64,000 nt of DNA, from contig JASGIW010000001.1 in the NCBI GenBank assembly GCA_047601695.1, positions 46,525 to 110,524 on the forward strand, given 5' to 3'. The notes under the pieces are model-generated. The model was not told where the DNA came from. It searched no databases and saw only the letters and a program-made list of their open reading frames with translations. The position numbers and the translations under genes are program-made. Origin of the DNA: Propionivibrio sp. Its GTDB lineage: Bacteria; Pseudomonadota; Gammaproteobacteria; Burkholderiales; Rhodocyclaceae. This document shows positions 45,525-55,072 of the stretch, piece after piece. Numbering within the stretch: the stretch's first letter is position 1; each line of letters begins with the position of its first letter.

Positions 45525-46745
45525 ATGGGGCGCGTATTTCTGCTGGCATTCCGGAATCTGTATCGACAACCCAGGCGGACCAGCCTCGCCTTGCTCGCCG
45601 TTGTATTCGGCGTTATTGCCCTTGTATTGGCGGGTGGTTTCATTGAATGGGGGCTCTGGTTCGGACGCGACTCGACGATTCATTCTCAGCTGGGTCACCT
45701 GCAGATTGTCAGGAATGGCTACTTCGAAAACGGCATTGCAGATCCTTTCAACTACCTGCTGCCGGACAAGTCAAAAGAACTCGATCGCATCAAAGCGCTC
45801 GAGGCAGTCGAAGCCGTTGGGCCGAGATTGTCTCTGAGCGGATTGATCAGTCTCGGTGAGTCCACCATCTCCTTCATTGGCGACGGAGTAGACCCAGAAG
45901 CGGAAATCAATCTGAGTCGATCTTTGACGATCCGTGACGGACAGAGTCTCTCTTCAGGCGATGCGAAAGGAATTATTCTTGGACAGGGCTTGGCGGCGAA
46001 TCTGGGTGCTCACGTGGGAGACTCAATCGTCTTGCTCGCGACGACTGCGCGTGGGACCACCAATGCCGTGGAAGTTCATGTTCGTGGCATTTTTTCCACG
46101 GTCACCAAGGCATATGACGACGCCGCATTGCGAATGCCTATTGAAATCGCCAGGAAACTCCTGCGCGTCGAAGGCGCGCATGCATGGGTTGTACTCCTGA
46201 AAGAGACGGATCTCACATCGTCGGTTGCGGAAGAAATTCGTATGACCTCCACCAAGGAAAACTATCAGGTGAGGGAATGGCGCGATATGGCCGACTTCTA
46301 CAATAAAACGGAGACGCTTCTGGTCAAGCAGTTTGGTGTCGTGAAAGTGATCATCGGGTTGATCATCGTGCTGAGCATCAGCAATACCATGATGATGGCG
46401 GTGCTGGAACGTACTGGAGAAATCGGCACGATCATGGCTCTGGGAGTTCGGCGGCGAGGCGTGCTCCAATTATTTTTGGCGGAAGGAGTCGTCATTGGAC
46501 TGACGGGCGCGGCGCTAGGCCTTGCGGCTGGATATGTTCTGGCCGGCATCATTTCATATATCGGAATCCCGATGCCCCCGGCGCCAGGCATGGCGGATGC
46601 CTATACCGCTCGAATCCTGGTCACCGGTTCCCTGGCCATCGAGTCGTTCAGCCTGGCTTCGTTAACTACACTTCTCGCCAGTTTCTATCCAGCGTGGAAG
46701 GCAGGGAGAATGATTGTTGTCGATGCGCTGCGGGCGAATCGATAA
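45525..46745 (+). CDS. MacB/FtsX/LolE-type ABC transporter permease
   Basis: LAFRNLYRQPRRT, VLERTGEIGTIMALG, PAWKAGR. Confidence 0.88.
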   Translation: MGRVFLLAFRNLYRQPRRTSLALLAVVFGVIALVLAGGFIEWGLWFGRDSTIHSQLGHLQIVRNGYFENGIADPFNYLLPDKSKELDRIKALEAVEAVGPRLSLSGLISLGESTISFIGDGVDPEAEINLSRSLTIRDGQSLSSGDAKGIILGQGLAANLGAHVGDSIVLLATTARGTTNAVEVHVRGIFSTVTKAYDDAALRMPIEIARKLLRVEGAHAWVVLLKETDLTSSVAEEIRMTSTKENYQVREWRDMADFYNKTETLLVKQFGVVKVIIGLIIVLSISNTMMMAVLERTGEIGTIMALGVRRRGVLQLFLAEGVVIGLTGAALGLAAGYVLAGIISYIGIPMPPAPGMADAYTARILVTGSLAIESFSLASLTTLLASFYPAWKAGRMIVVDALRANR

Positions 46746-46780
46746 GAGGATCGCCAGAGGGGCGGGTACTTCAGTAGGCT

Positions 46781-46797
46781 TGTCGGATATTTTGACA
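46781..46797 (+). promoter_or_regulatory. Enhancer for a sigma-54 activator (PrsR-type site)
   Basis: TGTCGGATATTTTGACA = TGT-N11-ACA dyad about 65 bp upstream of a -24/-12 promoter, with an AT-rich spacer. Confidence 0.65.
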
Positions 46798-46861
46798 GTA
46801 CTGATGATGGCGGGACTTGTTTTTTTGTCTATCTTCATGTTTTTTAATGGTATTCATAAGT

Positions 46862-46877
46862 TGGCACAGTAGGTGCT
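46862..46877 (+). promoter_or_regulatory. Sigma-54 (-24/-12) promoter of the PEP-CTERM gene
   Basis: TGGCAC-AGTAG-GTGCT; GG 46863-64 and GC 46875-76 are 10 nt apart. Confidence 0.75.
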
Positions 46878-46934
46878 TTTATCGAGCACACAGAGTGCCT
46901 TGCACCTGGTAGATGACTTATTAGGAGATGTCTT

Positions 46935-47765
46935 ATGAACACTAATTTTAGGTTTGCCAAAAAGCTATCGGTGCTGGCAATCGCAGCGGCTGCGACCACT
47001 TCTGCTCACGCTATCGGCACTTTCCAGGAGTTCGAAGTCAGCGAAGGCAGCGTTCCGGGAGCGTTTGCTAACACCTTCATCGCCGACAAGGGCAATGGCG
47101 GTTACAACGAAGTCCTGACGGTCAATATTGACGGGACCTTTGATACTCAAGCGTATGCTGACTTTACCGCTTACTACAAAAATGACGGCTCGAATCTGGT
47201 TTCCACCACGCAGATCGGTGGCGGCGCTTTTGGCGCTACCTACCAATACCAGATCTACGCAGTGTTCAACTCAAGCGGCGTTTTGACCCCTACGGGTTTC
47301 CAAGGTCTGACTGGGTCATTCAGTCTGTATATTGACCCGAATTCGAATACGACTAAAACGTTAGGCTCGACTGGTCTGGATGCGGTCATTCTCGGCAACA
47401 ATTCGGATGACTATCTGATCGCGTCGACGAGCAGCGTGGTTTACGCAAATGGTCTCGTCGGCACGCCCGGTGCATTTGACTTCTTGTTCAAGAATCTCGT
47501 GCTGACTTCGGTTGATCAGGATTTGCTGTCACCTGGCGTTCAAGCCGGAACGACGTATTTTACCGACCCGAATCCGTTCCATGTGCAGGTTCAGACCAAT
47601 GGCGATTTTGACGCCTTTCCCAACGTACCAGGCCCAGGAACCTACACCAATATTTCTGGTGACGTAAGTTTCGTTTTCCCGGTTCCGGAACCGGCTTCCT
47701 TGGCCTTGATGGGGCTTGGTTTGGTCGGGCTTGGCTTCAGTCGTCGTCGCGGGGCAGCGAAGTAG
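46935..47765 (+). CDS. pepA: PEP-CTERM protein, PepA-like (flocculation-associated)
   Basis: Signal ending SAHA; EGSVPGA..NTF.ADK N-terminus recalls Zoogloea-type PepA (from memory); VPEPASLALMGLGLVGLGFSRRR sorting signal; AGGAG RBS. Confidence 0.85.
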   Translation: MNTNFRFAKKLSVLAIAAAATTSAHAIGTFQEFEVSEGSVPGAFANTFIADKGNGGYNEVLTVNIDGTFDTQAYADFTAYYKNDGSNLVSTTQIGGGAFGATYQYQIYAVFNSSGVLTPTGFQGLTGSFSLYIDPNSNTTKTLGSTGLDAVILGNNSDDYLIASTSSVVYANGLVGTPGAFDFLFKNLVLTSVDQDLLSPGVQAGTTYFTDPNPFHVQVQTNGDFDAFPNVPGPGTYTNISGDVSFVFPVPEPASLALMGLGLVGLGFSRRRGAAK

Positions 47766-47798
47766 CCACCTTGAGATTCTAGTTATCCCGCAACATAC

Positions 47799-47834
47799 GA
47801 AGATGGCGGCTTGGGTATCCAAGCCGCCATCTTC
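47799..47834 (+). terminator. Terminator hairpin after pepA
   Basis: Perfect 16-bp stem GAAGATGGCGGCTTGG-GTAT-CCAAGCCGCCATCTTC, then ATGTTT. Confidence 0.75.
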
Positions 47835-48282
47835 ATGTTTGTACGGGCGAATTATGTATGCCGAGGATCTGTGGACGACAAAATGAAGATGGTCTTGGCG
47901 ATACGAACGACGTAGGTGTACTTGGATCAATGCGATTTTAGTAGTGATCGTTGTTACGCCAATATTCCTCAAGCCGAAATCGGCCGTGAAACGAAAGCGA
48001 GAACTATTTGCTTTTCACGAGCGGGGAGAGGCGCTATGTTGATCAAACGCGTCAGTCCGGTACGCGTTCGTTGATGGCACGAGGGGTCGGTTTCTGGAAG
48101 GCCGTTGTGACGTCTGAATGCGATGACCGTGGAGTGGTCGCGAGAGTGTTGTCAATATAATCAAGATGATGTTTTGTTGATTTGATCCAATTTGTAGTAT
48201 TGCTTTGGAGTAATTCAGCTACTATTAAGACTCGGCATTTCGCTTACGTTCATAGGGTCTTCGTTGAGCAAGGGAGAATGGT

Positions 48283-48912
48283 ATGTTTAGCAGCCTGTAT
48301 CGATGTGTTGGAAAGACATTTCATACTGTCTTGATCAGTGCTCTGGCGGCGATAGTCGTCGGGTGCGCTGCAACCAATCCTCCGGCTCCGTCGGTGGCCG
48401 CATCGCCGGACTACAACTACATCATTGGCCCGGGTGATATGGTCAATATCGTGGTTTGGAGAAATCCGGAACTCTCCATGTCGGTTCCGGTCCGTCCTGA
48501 CGGTAAGATCGCGGCACCTCTGGTGGAGGATCTTGTCGCCATGGGCAAGGACTCCACGACACTTGCGCGAGACATCGAAAAGGAATTGGGAAAGTTTATC
48601 CGAGACCCTGTGGTGACCGTGGTCGTCACTGCTTTTGTCGGTCCTTACAGCGAGCAGATTAGAGTCGTCGGCGAGGCCGCCAAACCGCAGACGCTTCCGT
48701 ACAAGCAGAAAATGACCCTTCTGGATGTGATGATCGCCGTTGGCGGGATGACGGACTTCGCGGACGGAAACGCGACGACGCTTCTGCGCACGACTGAGGG
48801 TGACAAACAGTACGGTGTTCGGGTCAAGGATTTGATCAAGCGAGGCGACGTTTCGGCGAATGTCGAGATGAAACCGGGCGATGTGCTGATCATTCCGCGC
48901 AGTTGGTTCTAG
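48283..48912 (+). CDS. Polysaccharide export lipoprotein (Wza-like, XrtA system)
   Basis: Lipobox VVGC, YIIGPGD, VRPDGKI, PGDVLIIP. Confidence 0.9.
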   Translation: MFSSLYRCVGKTFHTVLISALAAIVVGCAATNPPAPSVAASPDYNYIIGPGDMVNIVVWRNPELSMSVPVRPDGKIAAPLVEDLVAMGKDSTTLARDIEKELGKFIRDPVVTVVVTAFVGPYSEQIRVVGEAAKPQTLPYKQKMTLLDVMIAVGGMTDFADGNATTLLRTTEGDKQYGVRVKDLIKRGDVSANVEMKPGDVLIIPRSWF

Positions 48913-48991
48913 ACGATCTAGTGTCTTTCGTTGCCATGCCTTTATCGGGCTGAGTTGGCTCTCATCAATCAACTAGAGAAACCAAAGATCG

Positions 48992-50552
48992 ATGGACGAA
49001 ATAATCCGACAAGCGATTACGATCCTGAGAGGCATGTGGAAACACCGCTGGCTTGGGTTGGCGGTGGCTTGGATTGTTGGTGTGCTGGGTGTCGTTGTCG
49101 TACTCCGTATCCCCGACAAATATGAGGCTTCCGCCAGAATCTATGTCGATACGCAATCCATTCTGAAGCCGTTGATGTCGGGGTTGGCAATCGAGCCAAA
49201 CCTTGATCAGCAGATCATGATTCTGAGCAGGACGTTGATCAGCCGTCCAAATATCGAAAAGCTCGTCCGCATGGCGGATCTTGACCTCAATATCAAATCC
49301 AAACAGGGTCAAGAGGCGCTGATTGATGAGCTGATGACATCGCTCACCATCAAGAGCACGTCACGCGACAATCTTTATACGCTGGCCTATAGCTCCGAGA
49401 AACCCGAGCGAGCCAAGAAGGTCGTCCAGTCGTTGGTGTCGATATTCGTCGAGTCCAGTCTTGGGGATAAGCGAAAGGATACGGACTCGGCGATCAAATT
49501 CATCGACGACCAGATACTGACCTATCAAAAGAAACTCGAGGAAGCCGAGAATCGTCTGAAAGAGTTCAAGTTGAAGAATATTTCTTTGCAGACAGCGGAC
49601 GGGAAAGACTATTTCGGCAGAATTGGTGAAATCAGCGCTGTTCTGGCGAGTTCGAAGCTTGAACTTCGTGAGGCGGAGAATGCTCGGGATGCATTGAAGC
49701 GGCAACTTGTTGGTGAAGAACCCTCATTGCTGCCGGACACGCCGGAGAACAATGCGGCCATTTCCTTGCCGGAAATCGACGGGAGAATAGATGTATTGAA
49801 GCGGAACCTCGACGGGTTGCTGCAGCGATACACGGAAAAGCATCCTGACGTGGTTGGTACGAGAAGAATGATCAAGGAACTCGAGGAGCAGAAGCAGGAA
49901 GAGATTTCCGCTCGCAAGAAAGTGGCACCGACAAGTCCGGCATCACTCACAAATACGAATCCTGTCTATCAGCAACTCAAGGTTTCCTTGGCCGAGAACG
50001 AGGCAACCATTGCGTCGTTGTCAGTGCGGGTTGCAGAGTACCAGGCGCGTTACGATCAACTCAAGGACTCGGTCAAGATGATTCCGCAGATTGAGGCGGA
50101 GTTGACCCAGCTGAATCGCGACTACGATATCAACAAGAAGAACTATGAGAGCCTGGTTGCACGTCGTGAATCGGCGACGATATCCGGCGATATGGATTCG
50201 AGCGCAGCCGGCGTAGAACTTCAGGCTGATCGATCCTCCGCGTGTCGCGCCACAACCCGTCTCACCGAATAGGCTCTTGTTGCTGCCATTGACGCTGGTG
50301 TTGGCGATTGCCGTGGGACTCGCCGTTCCGTTCGCCGCAAGCCAGATTCGGCCGGTTCTGTTCGATGCAAAGGCGTTGCGGGAACTGACTGGGCTCCCGT
50401 TGCTTGGCACGATATCCAAGAATGTGGACGAGCCGTTGAAGCGGAAGGAGAAGAAAGACTTGCGACGATTTGTTGCGGTTACGGGTTCGCTTTTCGCGGC
50501 GTATGGGGCCGGGATAGCGTTGCTGGTATTCCTTAGCTTCCGCACCGCCTAA
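48992..50552 (+). CDS. Polysaccharide chain-length determinant (TIGR03007-like; frameshift near 50215)
   Basis: YEASARIYVD, YTEKHPDVV, coiled coils; FRLIDPPRV and C-terminal TMs in the shifted frame. Confidence 0.88.
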
Positions 50553-50561
50553 GGAAAAGCC

Positions 50562-51488
50562 ATGAGCCTAATTGAACAAGCGGCACAAAGATTGGAACAA
50601 CTCAGGCAAGCCGGAGTGGATGTTCCTGTGAGGTCTACGACCGAGCCGCATGCAGTTGGCGATGCGGCAAAAGTCGAGGTGCGCGACGAGGCAATGGCGG
50701 ATTCGCCTGCGCTACCGGAGAAGCATGCTTCGGGGAACACTGACGGTTATTCGTCGCGGCGAGTCGAACTGGACCTTCATGCGTTGTCGGCGGCCGGATT
50801 CGTTCGTCCAGACGCGCCGCGATCCCAGCTTGCGGACGAATATCGTGTCGTCAAGCGGCCGTTGATCGACAACGCCATGGGGCGGGGCGCCACACGAATC
50901 AAGGACGGTAACCTGATCATGGTTACCAGCGCGTTGCCGGGAGAGGGGAAGACTTTTACCGCGGCCAATCTGGCGATGAGCATTGCCATGGAACTGGACA
51001 ACACCGTGATGCTGGTTGATGCCGATGTTGCCAGACCAACGTTGCTGAACAAACTCGGTTTGCCGCCCATGCGTGGCCTTCTGGATGTGCTGGTGGATGA
51101 TTCGATTGACTTGTCCCAGGTCCTGCTGCGCACAAACGTCGAGAAACTGACCGTGCTGCCGAGCGGAACGCAACATCCGCGCGCCACGGAACTGTTGGCT
51201 AGTGATGCCATGATGAGCCTGCTTGAAGATATGGCGAGCCGTTATTCAGACCGGATCATTATTTTCGACTCTCCTCCGCTTCTGGTGACGACTGAAGCGC
51301 GGGCACTGGCATCGCACATGGGGCAGGTTGTGATGGTGGTCAGGGCGGAAAGTACGACGCACTCGGACGTCAGGCATGCACTTGCGGCGATCGAATCCTG
51401 TCCGGTGAAGTTGATGTTGTTGAATCAGGCCAGGTCTTCTGCACCGGACGGTTACGGTTACGGCTACGGTTATGGCTACGCGAACTAA
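50562..51488 (+). CDS. Stand-alone BY-kinase (XrtA-associated tyrosine autokinase)
   Basis: SALPGEGKT, LVDAD, IFDSPP, C-terminal Tyr cluster GYGYGYGYGY. Confidence 0.92.
   Translation: MSLIEQAAQRLEQLRQAGVDVPVRSTTEPHAVGDAAKVEVRDEAMADSPALPEKHASGNTDGYSSRRVELDLHALSAAGFVRPDAPRSQLADEYRVVKRPLIDNAMGRGATRIKDGNLIMVTSALPGEGKTFTAANLAMSIAMELDNTVMLVDADVARPTLLNKLGLPPMRGLLDVLVDDSIDLSQVLLRTNVEKLTVLPSGTQHPRATELLASDAMMSLLEDMASRYSDRIIIFDSPPLLVTTEARALASHMGQVVMVVRAESTTHSDVRHALAAIESCPVKLMLLNQARSSAPDGYGYGYGYGYAN
51450..51479 (+). repeat. Five-copy GG(T/C)TA(C/T) hexamer encoding the Gly-Tyr autophosphorylation cluster
   Basis: GGTTAC GGTTAC GGCTAC GGTTAT GGCTAC. Confidence 0.8.
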
Positions 51489-53034
51489 TCCCCGCAGCGG
51501 CCCAGCGACCCTGAGCCGGATTGCCGGCGTTCTATTGTCGGTAAGTGTTGTATCTGTCATGGTCCCGGCTTATGCGGGCGATTGGAAAATCACACCCACG
51601 CTAGCCATTACCGAAACGGCAACCGATAACGTCGGACTGACCAGCAAAAATACGCAAAGCGATCTGATCAGCGACATCAATCCCGGTATTCGCATCGAGG
51701 GTTCTGGCGGTCGATCGAAACTGCGTTTCGACTACCAGATGCACAATCTCTTTTATGCGCAGGATTCGTCGCGTAACGAGATACAGAACTCATTGAATGC
51801 GCTCGGGACGCTGGAAGCTGTCGAAAACTGGCTCTTCATCGAGGCCAGCGGGAGTATTTCACAGCAGAGCCTTTCAGCGTTCGGAAGTTCGTCGGCTTCG
51901 TCGTCGGTCAACGTCAATACGAACCTGAATACCACCGAGACGTCAACCTATCGGATTTCACCCTATATCGTCGGTTCGTTCGGCAACTTCGCCGACTATC
52001 AATTGCGCTATAACCAGAGCATCACGCGCTGGAAATCAGGTTTATCCAACGACGAGGACGTCAACGAACTGATTGGAAGTCTGAGAGGCAATACCCGGTT
52101 TTCAAACCTGGGCTGGTCGATCGATGCCAGTACGCAGAATGTGAATTTCGATCGTGGCCGCGATAACGAAGACGATCGAGTGCGCGGCATGCTCACTTAT
52201 CAGATCGATCCGCAATTTCGTATCTATCTCATTGGTGGTGTCGAGTCCAACAACTACCAAAGCCTCGACATGAAGTCGAACACGACGCAGGGTGCCGGCT
52301 TCGACTGGTCGCCGACGGAACGCACACAACTGTCGGTGAGCAGGGAGAATAGGTTCTTCGGCCCGGCCAATACGATCAGCTTTGTGCATCGGACCGCGAA
52401 CACTGCGTGGAAGTATTCCGATACGGAGGATGTGGTTACGCAGACGGATCAGAATTCGACAGCGAGCCTTGGAACCAACTACGACCTGTTCTACAACCTC
52501 TTCACCTCGGCGATTCCGGATCCAGTGGCGCGCGCGGCTTTCGTTAATGCACTTCTTGCAGCGAACGGTCTATCGCCCAACGCGCAAATGCAAGGCAGTT
52601 TCCTGACCAATGGCTCGACCATCGAGCACCGTCGTGAATTGTCGTTTGCCTTGCTTGGCGCTAGAAATACGCTGACATTTGCCGCCGGCGAGACGCAGTC
52701 CGAGCGCGCGTCGCAAGGGGCATTTATCAGTTTGTTGGGGGCCAGCGACTTTCTTGAGGCGCAGAAGATCCGCCAGCGATTCGCCAGCGTCAACTGGTCG
52801 CACAAGCTGACGCCGTTGTCGTCGCTGAATGCGTCGGTTTCTAGATCGAACAGCAAAGGTTCCGGCACTGGAACCTCGAATCTCGAGACGACGGAGCAGG
52901 TCTACCACGTGAATCTCACGACTCAACTCGGTCCGAAGACCAATGCGGGCGTCAGTTTCAGGCACGCGGAGGGTGATGGAACGGTAGGCTATACCGAAAA
53001 TGCGTTGTCCGGTACGTTGTCTCACCAGTTCTAG
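51472..53034 (+). CDS. PEP-CTERM locus outer-membrane beta-barrel protein (TIGR03016-like)
   Basis: Signal ending AYA; WKITPTL...TDNV; alternating beta-strands; terminal LSHQF. Confidence 0.82.
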   Translation: MATRTNPRSGPATLSRIAGVLLSVSVVSVMVPAYAGDWKITPTLAITETATDNVGLTSKNTQSDLISDINPGIRIEGSGGRSKLRFDYQMHNLFYAQDSSRNEIQNSLNALGTLEAVENWLFIEASGSISQQSLSAFGSSSASSSVNVNTNLNTTETSTYRISPYIVGSFGNFADYQLRYNQSITRWKSGLSNDEDVNELIGSLRGNTRFSNLGWSIDASTQNVNFDRGRDNEDDRVRGMLTYQIDPQFRIYLIGGVESNNYQSLDMKSNTTQGAGFDWSPTERTQLSVSRENRFFGPANTISFVHRTANTAWKYSDTEDVVTQTDQNSTASLGTNYDLFYNLFTSAIPDPVARAAFVNALLAANGLSPNAQMQGSFLTNGSTIEHRRELSFALLGARNTLTFAAGETQSERASQGAFISLLGASDFLEAQKIRQRFASVNWSHKLTPLSSLNASVSRSNSKGSGTGTSNLETTEQVYHVNLTTQLGPKTNAGVSFRHAEGDGTVGYTENALSGTLSHQF

Positions 53035-53043
53035 GCAGTCGCT

Positions 53044-54159
53044 ATGTACGAGTCTTTCTATGGCTTGAGCAGCAAGCCTTTTCAGCTCAATCCGGATCCG
53101 AGCTTCTACTTCGGCAGCAAGCAGCACCGGCGGGCGACGGCTTACCTCGAGTACGGACTGCATCAGAACGAGGGGTTCATCGTCGTCACCGGCGAAATCG
53201 GCGCCGGCAAAACAACGATTGTTCGCGGACTGCTGGGCAAGCTTGATTCTTCGAAGGTCGTGGCGGCGCAGCTCGTCAGCACTCAGCTTGATGCGGAAGA
53301 CACGCTGCGCATGGTGGCCGCGGCTTTTGGCGTCAATACTCGGAGTCTCGGCAAATCCGAGGTTTTGTTGGCGCTCGAGGCGTTCCTTGTCAACGTGACA
53401 CGGCAAGGGAAACGCTGCCTGCTGATCGTCGATGAAGCACAAAACCTGACCGCGCATGCGGTCGAAGAACTTCGGATGTTGTCGAACTTCCAGTTCGAGA
53501 CGCAGGCGCTATTGCAGAGTTTCCTCATCGGTGAACCGGAATTCAGGGGCATCATGCAGAGCCCTCATATGCAGCAGCTGCGTCAGCGTGTCATTGCAGC
53601 TTGCCACATCGGGCCGATGGACGAGGATGAGACGCAAGCCTACATCGAGCACCGGTTGAAATGCGCGGGCTATACCGGCGAACCATTGTTTGATGCGGAA
53701 GCCTATGAGGCCGTCTTCAGAGCGAGCGGCGGGGTTCCGCGCCGTATCAACTCGTTGTGCGATCGGGTTCTGTTGTCAGGTTTTCTTGGTGGAAAGAGCG
53801 AATTCAAGAAAAGCGACGTCGAAGACGTTGCGCGCGAATTGAGTGAGGAAACGCTTGCGCCTGTCACGATGAGCAGGGGGATTACGGTTTCCGTTGGAAC
53901 CGATGGTACTGGAACGCGTCTCACCGATAGCGCCATCCTCGATATCGACTTGTCGCGGCTGGAGTTGGCTGCCGGGGTGGCGGATGAGGCTACGCGCGCG
54001 ATTGCCGATCTCAAGAATGGTTTGAATGAGCAGCGCATCGTCCGACTGGAGCGGAGCATGATCCGGATCGAGCGGAGCAGTGCGGCGACGCTGACCCTGT
54101 TGCAGCAGCTGGTGAATTCGATTCGCACCCGCCAGACGCAAGAAGACGAGCCTGCCTGA
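53044..54159 (+). CDS. ExeA-like AAA ATPase of the XrtA/PEP-CTERM system
   Basis: MYESFYGL..KPFQLNPDP, GEIGAGKTT, IVDEAQNL, GVPRRIN. Confidence 0.9.
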   Translation: MYESFYGLSSKPFQLNPDPSFYFGSKQHRRATAYLEYGLHQNEGFIVVTGEIGAGKTTIVRGLLGKLDSSKVVAAQLVSTQLDAEDTLRMVAAAFGVNTRSLGKSEVLLALEAFLVNVTRQGKRCLLIVDEAQNLTAHAVEELRMLSNFQFETQALLQSFLIGEPEFRGIMQSPHMQQLRQRVIAACHIGPMDEDETQAYIEHRLKCAGYTGEPLFDAEAYEAVFRASGGVPRRINSLCDRVLLSGFLGGKSEFKKSDVEDVARELSEETLAPVTMSRGITVSVGTDGTGTRLTDSAILDIDLSRLELAAGVADEATRAIADLKNGLNEQRIVRLERSMIRIERSSAATLTLLQQLVNSIRTRQTQEDEPA

Positions 54160-54220
54160 CGAGCGGAGGTTCTCGCGGTTGTATCACCGATCAACACTTA
54201 ACGCTTGAGGTGGTGGCGTG

Positions 54221-55072
54221 ATGCAGGTCAAGACAATCAGAAATGCCCTGACGATTGACGTCGAGGACTATTTTCAAGTCTCCGCGTTTGCCCCGTACAT
54301 AGCGAGAGCGCACTGGGATGATCGCGATTGTCGGGTCGAGGTCAATGTCGAACGCATCCTGCAGATGCTGGATGACTATGGGACCCACGCGACCTTTTTC
54401 ACGCTCGGTTGGATCGCGCAACGTTATCCGCATCTTGTCCGTGCCATTGTCGAACAAGGGCACGAGCTGGCAAGTCACGGTTATGGACATCAGCGGGCGA
54501 GCGATTTGACCGAGTCGGCATTTTTCGACGATATCGACTCGGCAAAGAAGATTCTCGAAGATTTGTCGGGTTGCGAAGTCGCCGGCTATCGCGCGCCGAG
54601 TTTTTCCATCGGCGAACGAAACCTGTGGGCGTTCGATTGCCTGGAGCGTGCCGGATATCGCTACAGTTCGAGCATCTACCCGATCCGCCATGATCACTAC
54701 GGCATGCCGGATGCTCCGCGCTTCGCGCATCAGGTGCGCGCCGATTTGCTGGAGGTGCCGGTGACCACGGCCCGATTCCTCGACAGGAACTGGCCGGCAA
54801 GCGGTGGCGGTTACTTTCGGTTGATGCCGTATGCCGTATCGAGTTGGTTATTGAGGCACGTTAACCGGAACGATCGTCAGCCAGTGATTTTCTATTTCCA
54901 CCCGTGGGAGATCGACGCCGAGCAGCCGCGAGTCGAAGGTATCGACGCGAAGACGCGGTTCCGGCACTACGTTAACTTGCACCGGACCGAGGCCAGGATT
55001 CGCAGGCTTCTTGAAGACTTCAGCTGGGCCAGAATGGATGAAATCTTCCTGCCGAACGGGAATGCCCGATGA
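54221..55072 (+). CDS. Polysaccharide deacetylase (XrtA system)
   Basis: TIDVEDYFQ, HELASHGYGH, YRAPSFS, YFHPWEID. Confidence 0.92.
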   Translation: MQVKTIRNALTIDVEDYFQVSAFAPYIARAHWDDRDCRVEVNVERILQMLDDYGTHATFFTLGWIAQRYPHLVRAIVEQGHELASHGYGHQRASDLTESAFFDDIDSAKKILEDLSGCEVAGYRAPSFSIGERNLWAFDCLERAGYRYSSSIYPIRHDHYGMPDAPRFAHQVRADLLEVPVTTARFLDRNWPASGGGYFRLMPYAVSSWLLRHVNRNDRQPVIFYFHPWEIDAEQPRVEGIDAKTRFRHYVNLHRTEARIRRLLEDFSWARMDEIFLPNGNAR

